Part shown: piece after piece, positions 15,107 through 23,407 of the stretch
How positions within the stretch are numbered: position 1 is the first letter of the stretch
How the letters are laid out: each line of letters begins with the position of its first letter
Virus record (IMG/VR): IMGVR_UViG_3300047558_000137
Span: 310,001-374,000 of that record
Reading direction: 5' to 3' (one strand)
Length of the DNA stretch: 64,000 nt
The notes under the pieces: generated by a model
What the model was told of the DNA's origin: nothing
The model's database searches: none
Seen by the model: the letters and a program-made list of their open reading frames with translations, nothing else
Translations under genes and position numbers: made by a program

Positions 15107-15691
15107 ATGTCAAATACTCTTTTACTCAATGCAAACTATGATCCAATTTCGATTCTGCCACTGAGCGTAATCAATTGGCAACATGCACTAAAGTTGTACT
15201 TCTTAGATCGTGTTACGATTATAGAATCCTACGACGATTGGGTAGTACGCAGTGAAAAGCTCACTATCAACGTGCCCAGCGTTTGCGTGACTAAAGAATA
15301 CTTTAACTACAAAAGAGCAGTTAAGTTTAGTCGTGCCAACATGTATCTACGTGATTTGTATACTTGCCAATATTGTGGCGAAGTATTTCAAAGTACAGCA
15401 CTAACCATCGACCACGTGATTCCACGTATGGCTGGCGGTAAGACTAACTTTGAAAACTGTGTAACTAGTTGCAAGCCATGTAACCATCGCAAGGGTAGCA
15501 AGCTGATGAAGCCACTGCGTGAGCCTTATAAGCCTGATTACTATAGTTTGGTTGCTAAATGGAAGGATCGCAAGATCCATGTGCCAAAGGCATCATGGTA
15601 TCAGTATCTAGGTATTAAGAATCCTGCCCTGGCAGAGGACGCTGTTGATACTGAGGGTGCTTATCTAGGTAACTTTCGATTTGACGTCTAA
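15107..15691 (+). CDS. HNH endonuclease (McrA-like)
   Basis: RDLYTCQYCG...LTIDHVIP...GGKTNFENCVTSCKPCNHRKG. Confidence 0.92.
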   Translation: MSNTLLLNANYDPISILPLSVINWQHALKLYFLDRVTIIESYDDWVVRSEKLTINVPSVCVTKEYFNYKRAVKFSRANMYLRDLYTCQYCGEVFQSTALTIDHVIPRMAGGKTNFENCVTSCKPCNHRKGSKLMKPLREPYKPDYYSLVAKWKDRKIHVPKASWYQYLGIKNPALAEDAVDTEGAYLGNFRFDV

Positions 15692-16016
15692 GATCTCTAG
15701 CGTCTGCAAAGTTAATTAAAAACCATAAATCCGTCCCGGTCTTGGCGTTGTATTCACGTTCAAGTTCGCGACGGGTTTTTTCTTTTGGATTCTCTATTGT
15801 TCCAACTGGACTGGCTACACCGTATTCTGTACTGTTAGGAACGTTGTCCATTAAGCCTGCTACTGCACCCTGTAGGCCACCCGGAACTGGTGCTGTTTCA
15901 ACAATACCTGCTAATTTTTTAATTTCAGATAAGTCTGCGGCATCCATAACTGCATCTTGCTCACCTGTTTCTCCAGGCAGAACAAAGTTAGCACTTGTTA
16001 TACGATACTGCTTCAT
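15615..16016 (-). CDS. Hypothetical protein with scaffold-like EIKKLAGI motif
   Basis: 133 aa, ATGA-coupled to the upstream gene; convergent 77-nt overlap with the HNH gene. Confidence 0.65.
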   Translation of the reverse strand: MKQYRITSANFVLPGETGEQDAVMDAADLSEIKKLAGIVETAPVPGGLQGAVAGLMDNVPNSTEYGVASPVGTIENPKEKTRRELEREYNAKTGTDLWFLINFADARDLRRQIESYLDKHPQYQQRPLPGQDS

Positions 16017-16408
16017 TTCTTTTTAGATTTTAATTGAACTGGCCCGGGGTTGCGATGTGGACTATGTTTATGAGTATCTTCTGGCTCAGCACTTTTAGAC
16101 CACGGTTGAATTTTTTTAACATCGCCCGGAATTGTTGCGTCTGCCTGACGAAACATGTTGTATTCTTCTTCTGTATAAGGATGTTCACTGTTATACTTCT
16201 CAATCCAACTATAAGCATCCATATCAACTGGCTTACTAGGATCTTTACCATCAGCCATGGCAGTAGCCATCCATTTACGGTTAGCATAATTAACACGGTC
16301 ATATCCGCCGTCGTCGCGACTAACAGTTATACTTTTTTGCACCGCTTTGTGTTCGGGCTTTACTGTTCCATGGATATTTTCTGTAATGATAATGTCAGTG
16401 ATTTTCAT
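16013..16408 (-). CDS. Hypothetical protein, possible internal head protein
   Basis: N-terminus MKITDIIITE ends in an I-x-E prohead-protease-type site; TAAATA 5 nt upstream. Confidence 0.6.
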   Translation of the reverse strand: MKITDIIITENIHGTVKPEHKAVQKSITVSRDDGGYDRVNYANRKWMATAMADGKDPSKPVDMDAYSWIEKYNSEHPYTEEEYNMFRQADATIPGDVKKIQPWSKSAEPEDTHKHSPHRNPGPVQLKSKKK

Positions 16409-16416
16409 ATAAGTAT

Positions 16417-17175
16417 TTAGCGTAATTTTCTTAAAAAATAATTAGCAATTGCCATATGAGATTCTATAGATAGCTGGGATATTTTTGTACCCTGAGATGG
16501 CAAGTACGTAAACATACCATCAATCGGTTCTCTATTTCTGTTAATGATCAGCTCATGCAGCTCTGAACCAATTGATTTAGCAGTTTGTGCTATTAGCAAT
16601 TGATTTTTTCTATAGTTGTAGTTGTTACTTACCCAATCAATGTGGTCCCACCAATCAGTATAAGGGACTTCATTTATTTCTGAATATATACCGCCTTGAA
16701 ATTTTTTACTAACAAACTCTCTAGTAGAAAATCCGGGCCACAATATGCAAACATGTTTTACTGCCCCATCTAATGCTAACATTGCTTTAGCTAAAATACG
16801 GGCCATTCCATCAGGACTTAAACTAGGTACACTTAAATTAACTACAGTTTCTGATCTTTGATTTTGTATAAGTGATGAAAATATATTATTAAACTCAACG
16901 CCTCGACCCATTCCATCACTGTCACTTATAACTAAAATTAATTCTTTTGTTTTTAAGTCATCTAAGATGTAATCAAAATTTGATCTGTACCCTAGGTTAT
17001 TAAACGTATAGTTGATGCCCGCTTGTTCTAGTGTTATATCGTGTACATCTGGTCCTGTTAGTTGTATTCCATGGCGTGTCACAACTGCCCATGCAGGTGG
17101 AATTTCAGGTTTCCAATGTTCGTTAGGCAAGTGATCTTTGCCTAATAGCTGTTCTATTTGTTCTACTAGATCCAT
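16417..17175 (-). CDS. Degenerate SGNH-like hypothetical protein
   Basis: YTFNNLGYRS...ISDSDGMGRGV...VVNLSVP, same general family as 50772 and 52589. Confidence 0.5.
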   Translation of the reverse strand: MDLVEQIEQLLGKDHLPNEHWKPEIPPAWAVVTRHGIQLTGPDVHDITLEQAGINYTFNNLGYRSNFDYILDDLKTKELILVISDSDGMGRGVEFNNIFSSLIQNQRSETVVNLSVPSLSPDGMARILAKAMLALDGAVKHVCILWPGFSTREFVSKKFQGGIYSEINEVPYTDWWDHIDWVSNNYNYRKNQLLIAQTAKSIGSELHELIINRNREPIDGMFTYLPSQGTKISQLSIESHMAIANYFLRKLR

Positions 17176-17188
17176 GGAGTATTTAAGA

Positions 17189-17214
17189 AAAAAGCGAGCC
17201 CGGGCTCGCTTTTT
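17189..17214. terminator. Palindromic bidirectional terminator
   Basis: AAAAAGCGAGCCCGGGCTCGCTTTTT is a perfect palindrome. Confidence 0.8.
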
Positions 17215-17233
17215 ATTTGGGGCAAGTTAATAA

Positions 17234-19228
17234 TCAATTAACTTTTTTGATACTTTCGTATTCAGCAGCTAATGATGCTTCTAACGCTAGAATCGATTCG
17301 TCTGTTGAACGAACTGGTTTAGCTGGACGGTTTGGTTGCTGTGTCATACGGTTGTCACCTGGGCCACCGTACATGCTCTTTTCACCTGCATCGCCTTCGC
17401 CAGGGCCCATTGTGCTAGCATCCATGCTGTAATAATCTTCTTCTGGCTCATTGGCAAATTCTTCTTCGATGCCTTCGTCACCAATGCTTACCATTTCTGG
17501 TTCAGCTGGTTGAGACATAGCTTGATTGCTATCGCCAGCTAAGCCAGCAATCTTCAACATCTGCATTAGCTCGTCAACTGCACTGCCGTCTGCACTGATA
17601 GTAACATTCTTGTTACCGTCTGTACTTTGGTTTGTGTTAACAGAAATGTTGCCATCTTTTTCCATTCCTGGGACGCCTGGCATATCGCACTCATCCATTT
17701 CGTCGATGTCTACTTGTTTAACAGCATTGGTACCAGGAATCTTTTGACCGATTGCAATGTCGTCATTTTCTAGACCACCAGTGAAACGGTTACCTTCTTC
17801 TACTTCATCAGTGTCAAAAGTTTGACCAAATGCGCTAAATTCGTCACGGCCTGCTTTTTCCGCGGCGTTATCTTGTTGGCTAATGTATTCACCACGACTA
17901 GCTTCGTCCATGTCTGCTTCATCAATGTCTCCACGTAGGCGATCAAAATCGGCTGCTGTTAATTTACCTTTTGGTTCTGCAACATCTAAACGATCTTGAT
18001 TACCAGGTAAGTCGCGGCTTTCAGCAACATTCAATCCTGCTAAACGAGCTAGCTCATTTAGTTCAGCATCTTCCATTGTGCGCTTGTTCATAGTATGACG
18101 AGTTAATGCATCGCCTGTTGGGCCACCTAGTGCATCAATTGCCTTGTTAACACCACCAGCAACTGCGCCTGCAGCACGAGCAACAATACCAGGCTTGGCA
18201 GTAGGTGTTCTGAAGTCTGGGTTTAATGCCATAGCATCTTGACCAGCTGGGCCAGGTGGATATCCACGTGGGTTACCTACGCCGTCTGTAACAATCTTCT
18301 TACCATGATTGTGAATCTTTAAGAAGGCTTCTAGCTTGTCACTGCAATGACCTGTTTTCTTAAATGTGTTGATGTCTTGTTGTAGTTCAGACAACATTTC
18401 GCCAACAGTCATGTCAGTTTCTTTCATCATGTCAGCAAAGTTAATGCCTTCTTTGATGCTCTTAGCAATCTCATGCCCTTTAGAGACTACCTTCTTTGGT
18501 AAGTTATGTGCTGGCTTTGTGCCATAGCCTGCTTGCTTCTTAGCTGCTGCCATACCGATTGCATATTTGTTTTTCGGTGCTTCGTTTACGCTTTCGCCCC
18601 AATGTCCTGCATCGCCGGAGTCATTATGAGGATCTGCTTTACCTTTGATTTTGCGACCTTCTTTGCCACTAGGTGGGGTATCAGGTGTACGACCAAATGG
18701 GTCATTACTCTTAGGGCCGGACATTGGCTTTTCATTTGTGTCTTCTTTGTCGCGGTAACCATAGTCACCTTTGTGTACTTTACCTTCTTCCATGCTGTGC
18801 TCAGTACAAGTACCAGCTTCGCACATTGCACATTCTTCAACACTTTCGGCCCAACCTGCTGCTTGAGCTGCACGAGTCAATGAACCTTTGTCCATCTTAG
18901 AACCTTTAGCAATAGCTTGGTCAGCAACACTGGCTGCTGTTTGTGTTGTGTTTGGCTTCTTAGCCTGTGGCGCCATTGTAACTTTATTCATGTTGCGTGG
19001 ATCTAAATCTGTTGCTACCTTGCTAGCCAATGCGCCAAAGCCTTCAGCAAATTGGTGTGCTAGTTTAGCTTCAATTTTATTAACACCTTCTAGTACGCTA
19101 CCTTTGGCTTCTACGCTTTCACGTATTTGTTGCACCAGGGCATCATGCTTTTCTTGTGGAGTTGGCTTTAAAGATTCCAACTTGCCTAATATACTATAAA
19201 TGTTGTCGTGGGGGAAATTTTTGCTCAT
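17234..19228 (-). CDS. Low-complexity acidic protein, probable prohead core/internal protein
   Basis: 664 aa; many hydrophobic-x-E sites; ELARLAGL and MLKIAGL motifs. Confidence 0.55.
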   Translation of the reverse strand: MSKNFPHDNIYSILGKLESLKPTPQEKHDALVQQIRESVEAKGSVLEGVNKIEAKLAHQFAEGFGALASKVATDLDPRNMNKVTMAPQAKKPNTTQTAASVADQAIAKGSKMDKGSLTRAAQAAGWAESVEECAMCEAGTCTEHSMEEGKVHKGDYGYRDKEDTNEKPMSGPKSNDPFGRTPDTPPSGKEGRKIKGKADPHNDSGDAGHWGESVNEAPKNKYAIGMAAAKKQAGYGTKPAHNLPKKVVSKGHEIAKSIKEGINFADMMKETDMTVGEMLSELQQDINTFKKTGHCSDKLEAFLKIHNHGKKIVTDGVGNPRGYPPGPAGQDAMALNPDFRTPTAKPGIVARAAGAVAGGVNKAIDALGGPTGDALTRHTMNKRTMEDAELNELARLAGLNVAESRDLPGNQDRLDVAEPKGKLTAADFDRLRGDIDEADMDEASRGEYISQQDNAAEKAGRDEFSAFGQTFDTDEVEEGNRFTGGLENDDIAIGQKIPGTNAVKQVDIDEMDECDMPGVPGMEKDGNISVNTNQSTDGNKNVTISADGSAVDELMQMLKIAGLAGDSNQAMSQPAEPEMVSIGDEGIEEEFANEPEEDYYSMDASTMGPGEGDAGEKSMYGGPGDNRMTQQPNRPAKPVRSTDESILALEASLAAEYESIKKVN

Positions 19229-19230
19229 GA

Positions 19231-19815
19231 TTAACCTCTAGGTTTACGATATACTGTATTCTGTGTTGTGCCTACAGGACTTGTAGTACCGACACCTTCA
19301 GTCGACATTGCGCCAGACTTTTCACCTTCAGCAGCAAATTCAAATTTGCGGCTTTCTAATTCTTTTAGTAGACTACCTACACGAACTTGTCCAGATAGTT
19401 CTTGTCCACCTTCTGTTGCTTTTAATTCAGCGTCAGTTAGAATAGCACCTGTGTTACCTTGTCCTAAACCTTCTGCTTCTTCTGTATCAACAGCTTCATT
19501 TAGATTACGTACACAAATCCAATCTGGATTTAACATTGCACGTTCTTTGATTGTTTGACGTATTTGAACAGTGGTTGCAGGATATGTTACTTTAACATCA
19601 AACTGCCAGCACTCACATGCACCCCACTGTGGGAATTCTCTGTGTTCCATAATTGGAAGACTTTTAACTGGACTAACACTTTCTAGCTGATATGTTTCTA
19701 GTGCGTGTTTGATACGGTCCATTACTTCGCCTTTTGGCTCAATTGTTGCCAATTTGATACGAAACTCATATGGCTTGTTAAGCTCAAAAATGTATGACTG
19801 AAATGCTTTCATCAT
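19231..19815 (-). CDS. Hypothetical late protein
   Basis: 194 aa ORF with AGGA SD and upstream TAAATA. Confidence 0.7.
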   Translation of the reverse strand: MMKAFQSYIFELNKPYEFRIKLATIEPKGEVMDRIKHALETYQLESVSPVKSLPIMEHREFPQWGACECWQFDVKVTYPATTVQIRQTIKERAMLNPDWICVRNLNEAVDTEEAEGLGQGNTGAILTDAELKATEGGQELSGQVRVGSLLKELESRKFEFAAEGEKSGAMSTEGVGTTSPVGTTQNTVYRKPRG

Positions 19816-19849
19816 TATAATCCTATATTCTATATTTAGCCAGAAAGGC

Positions 19850-20344
19850 TCATTTATCTTTCTTGCCTAGTATCTGTTTTAGTAGTTCATTGCGATCAAG
19901 CACAACGCCCTGCCCATCAATTGGTTCTTCTGGGTCGGCTGCACCCGTTTTTGCATCTTTTTTAATTTGGTGATCTAGTCTAGCTTTGGCTAGTTGCAGG
20001 TTGATCATACGCAACTTCTTGTCCATTTTGGCTGTTTTAGCTGTAATGGCGTGCCCTAATAGTGTACCTGCTGTTTGAAATATAACGCCACCAAAACGTG
20101 GGTCAACATTCATACCTAAATCAAGTAGGTCTTCGGCTTTGCTTTTTGCCAGCTCTGCTAGTTCATCTAGATCGGAATCGCTTGAGTCCAGATCTGATAC
20201 TAAAGGCAGTGCTGCATCAATTTTATCAATTGCTAGATCTACTTCGGCAATAATTGCTTTGTTTTCTTCAACAGTAGCTTTGGCTTCTTCTGTTGTAATT
20301 GAAGCTTCGGGTAGATTAAATAGTTCTTCGAGTTTTTTGGTCAT
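19850..20344 (-). CDS. Probable terminase small subunit (gp16-like)
   Basis: 164 aa helical-hairpin pattern with C-terminal VLDRNELLKQIL, similar in layout to gp16 of T4-like phages; in the packaging neighbourhood. Confidence 0.45.
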   Translation of the reverse strand: MTKKLEELFNLPEASITTEEAKATVEENKAIIAEVDLAIDKIDAALPLVSDLDSSDSDLDELAELAKSKAEDLLDLGMNVDPRFGGVIFQTAGTLLGHAITAKTAKMDKKLRMINLQLAKARLDHQIKKDAKTGAADPEEPIDGQGVVLDRNELLKQILGKKDK

Positions 20345-20352
20345 ACCAATAT

Positions 20353-20790
20353 TTATTTGGCACGGCCCTGGTGGAAAATATCGTTTTCGGTAACAACTCT
20401 AAACTTTAGTCCCTGTGCCGCACACCAAGCACGGGCCGCTTCCCATTTTGCCATATTTAGAACTGCGGCCGCTTGGGCACGTGGACTACGTCCAGCTTCT
20501 TGTAAACTGGTTTCTTTTGTTGGTTTTACTTCTATTACTTCAGCATGTTGTTTGCCCGCGGCATCTACGTAGACCATTAAAAAGTCTGGTACATAGATGG
20601 TCATTTTATTTGTAAATGGATTGCGGTAACTAATATGTATTGCTTCACTGGCCCATTGTGTAACTGCTGGATTGTTATCACAAAAGGTCATAAACGTATG
20701 TTCCCACCCTGAGCGATAAGTTGGTGCTTTGTTCCCTACATACTTCGCTGGATTTTGTATTTGATATTTGCCTTGGGCGTATTTGCTCAT
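20353..20790 (-). CDS. gp4: Head completion nuclease gp4
   Basis: NPAKYVG...YRSGWE...CDNNP...WASE...YVPDF...IEVKP...KWEAA...FRVVTE. Confidence 0.9.
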   Translation of the reverse strand: MSKYAQGKYQIQNPAKYVGNKAPTYRSGWEHTFMTFCDNNPAVTQWASEAIHISYRNPFTNKMTIYVPDFLMVYVDAAGKQHAEVIEVKPTKETSLQEAGRSPRAQAAAVLNMAKWEAARAWCAAQGLKFRVVTENDIFHQGRAK

Positions 20791-21179
20791 AATAGAATTG
20801 TTCTAGCAACGTAAGGACTAGTCTTTGTAGTTCCTCTGATTCCCAACGTACTTGTTGGTGCTCTGTTGATATTTAAAAAAGCAATTAGATAATTGTTTAA
20901 TTGACCTTTAGGCAAACGCTGGAATTCGCTTAATACATTTAACGGATTTATATTCTGTGCCATTGCTGTATATAAAACTGCTGCCGCTAAATTTTTTGCA
21001 GCCATTTTATTACTAGTATACTGTTCAAAGAATCCTAGAATAGCTGCATCAGTATCCGACGAAACATTAAACGGAATAGAATAAAAATTGTTAAAATATT
21101 TTCTTGCATCTAATTTATCTGTTGCTAGGCTAATGTCTGGACCCGATAAATTTGTTGCTGTAGTTATCTGTGTAGTCAT
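20787..21179 (-). CDS. Hypothetical protein
   Basis: 130 aa ORF, ATGA-coupled to gp4. Confidence 0.7.
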   Translation of the reverse strand: MTTQITTATNLSGPDISLATDKLDARKYFNNFYSIPFNVSSDTDAAILGFFEQYTSNKMAAKNLAAAVLYTAMAQNINPLNVLSEFQRLPKGQLNNYLIAFLNINRAPTSTLGIRGTTKTSPYVARTILL

Positions 21180-21186
21180 AATTTAA

Positions 21187-22683
21187 TTACTCGTAATAGC
21201 CACTGGAGAATACATCAAAAGACATACCAGATGGTGCGTTAAACAGATAATCAGAGTATATATTGGAAGATACTGCACCAGAGAATAGCTCACTTGCTGG
21301 TTTTGCAATATTCTCAGATACAAAACCTCCAATACTGTTAGAAATCTGATCAGATACTTTACCTACGTAGGCATTAATTGCAGTTGATGCATAACCTATT
21401 GCATATTGTGTTGCCATGTTTTGTACTGTTGCTAATGCAGCCTTAGGATTAGCAATAACTGATGCAGCCATACCAACAATAGATTGACCATTACTGCCAA
21501 GGCCCTTAGCAATGCCGCCAATAACCCCGTTAGCCAATGAACTAGCGGCATTATTAACAATTCCATAGCCTGCTGCCTGAAGTTGTTGGCCAACACTTTG
21601 ACTGCTACTTACGCCCCTGGCTAGGCTACCAAAACTAGGAACTGCAATACCACCATTGTTAACAACCGACCCGGCAGCAAATAATGTACTTTGATTAAAC
21701 ACTGAACTAAATGTAGTTGCACCGGTAAATGTTGCTGAAGATGTTGTGCCAGCAACATAGTAATAAGGGTTTCTTGTAGCAGGACTATCTGCTAAGTCCG
21801 TAATAGTGTCCGGTACTTGTTGTGTAGTTCTAGAACTGTTATCATAATGTAAATCAATGAACCCGCCAACGTTGTTTTCTGTAACATACCCTGTTAGATA
21901 TTTTACTGTTTCATATTGCACAGTCATGTCGTGTTGCATGAGATTGTTTTCTCCCATGGTATGATCGCCATGCTTGAAACTTGTAATGATTGGATTTATT
22001 AATTCGTATTCGCTAAACTGTCCTTGATACAAACTATAAATTCTAATAGCTTGTATGTATTGATATTCTTGATAACTGTTAGTTGAAGTGTAATAACTGC
22101 CAACTGGCATTGGGCGAGGAGTATATCCCCATTCGAAATTTGTACGGCTTTGATATTTGTGAGGTGCAGAATATGTTACATCATTATAATCTGGATCTCT
22201 ATAAAAGTAACTGTAGTAGTCATACCAAAAATTTCTCACGTTATCTGCCTGGTCGTCGTGAAATGAAATTGTTACTGGATCGTAATTAATTTTATTCTGT
22301 GTAATATTTTTACGATTGTAGGCATTGTGAATTTTTGTATCGATGCTAAACTTTGGTAGTGTAACGCTCTTAACAATTACACCAAGTTCTTGTGCTGCGT
22401 GATTGCTAACTGTACTAATCAATGGATTAAAATCAAATTCTACATAAAATAGAAATCCATATTTAGGACTTAGTCTAAATTGACTGTCTGTAAATATTCT
22501 AGCAGCGTGTTTGTAATCATGAAGTATTTCTTCTCTAGGGGCCGCGGCTATTGTCGTTTTTGCTGTGCTAGGATAATTATCTATACCTGTCAAAATTCGC
22601 TGAGGAGAGGAAGTTAAGTCGGCTTTAACACCTTTTGCATAGTTGTTAAGTCCAAAGACAGGGTTTAATACTTGGTCGGCCAT
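21187..22683 (-). CDS. Baseplate tail-tube initiator (gp48/gp54-like) with Gly/Ala/Ser-rich C-terminus
   Basis: Tube-family core VKSVTLPKF...YNRK...INYDPVTISFHDD...LINPII; next to gp19. Start set at the ATG 5 nt after TAAATA. Confidence 0.65.
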   Translation of the reverse strand: MADQVLNPVFGLNNYAKGVKADLTSSPQRILTGIDNYPSTAKTTIAAAPREEILHDYKHAARIFTDSQFRLSPKYGFLFYVEFDFNPLISTVSNHAAQELGVIVKSVTLPKFSIDTKIHNAYNRKNITQNKINYDPVTISFHDDQADNVRNFWYDYYSYFYRDPDYNDVTYSAPHKYQSRTNFEWGYTPRPMPVGSYYTSTNSYQEYQYIQAIRIYSLYQGQFSEYELINPIITSFKHGDHTMGENNLMQHDMTVQYETVKYLTGYVTENNVGGFIDLHYDNSSRTTQQVPDTITDLADSPATRNPYYYVAGTTSSATFTGATTFSSVFNQSTLFAAGSVVNNGGIAVPSFGSLARGVSSSQSVGQQLQAAGYGIVNNAASSLANGVIGGIAKGLGSNGQSIVGMAASVIANPKAALATVQNMATQYAIGYASTAINAYVGKVSDQISNSIGGFVSENIAKPASELFSGAVSSNIYSDYLFNAPSGMSFDVFSSGYYE

Positions 22684-22699
22684 AACAATATTTATCAAT

Positions 22700-22727
22700 A
22701 AAAAACCCGGCGTTTTACTGCCGGGTT
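22700..22727 (-). terminator. Intrinsic terminator after gp19
   Basis: AACCCGGC-8 nt-GCCGGGUU plus U run. Confidence 0.8.
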
Positions 22728-22752
22728 AAATTTTTCATTATTCTTTCGAATA

Positions 22753-23370
22753 TTAGTTAATTGCTGATCCAGGTGTCTTTGTAACAACTGTACGGCTACC
22801 AACCCCACCGCCAACTGATTGAACTGCGTTATCAAACTTAATTGTTAATGCAATCTGCACAGGGTCGTTACTGTTGTATGCCATATCGCCCCAATCAACT
22901 TGGCTTAAGAAGCAACCATATAGGTCCCATGCTTCAAGTACGATTGGAGTACTAGCGCCGTTACCGCCGTCTAACACTTCATAGCTCATTTGGAATTTGT
23001 AGTTAATACCAGATGCTGCACTAGCTTGTTCTAAGAAATCGTATTGCTTTTGAACTTGCTCTGCAACAATCTTGCTAACTGCACCAGTAGAATCATCGCG
23101 TAAGTTTACGGTTGTTTCTTGCCATTCTGGTTTACCTTGTAGATATACTTTGCTGTTGTAAACATCAATTGTAATTGGGTTGAAGTTTACGTTCGGGCGC
23201 TTAATATCCACAACTTGTTTAGTTAACTCGTTCGTTTCGTTTGATACACCAAAATTAGTAAATGTTGCACGAAAACGATACTTTAATTTTGGCATCAACA
23301 AACCCTGGCTCTCTGAGCTTTGGTTATTTGCTAGAGGCACTGTAAATTTGCTTAATGATCCTGTTGCCAT
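22753..23370 (-). CDS. gp19: Tail tube protein gp19
   Basis: MPKLKYRFR...GKPEWQETTVNLRDD...WDLYGCF...IALTIKFD; follows the sheath gene. Confidence 0.9.
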   Translation of the reverse strand: MATGSLSKFTVPLANNQSSESQGLLMPKLKYRFRATFTNFGVSNETNELTKQVVDIKRPNVNFNPITIDVYNSKVYLQGKPEWQETTVNLRDDSTGAVSKIVAEQVQKQYDFLEQASAASGINYKFQMSYEVLDGGNGASTPIVLEAWDLYGCFLSQVDWGDMAYNSNDPVQIALTIKFDNAVQSVGGGVGSRTVVTKTPGSAIN

Positions 23371-23407
23371 TTGTTATTCTCCTGTTACTCTTATTTATCC
23401 AAACTTC

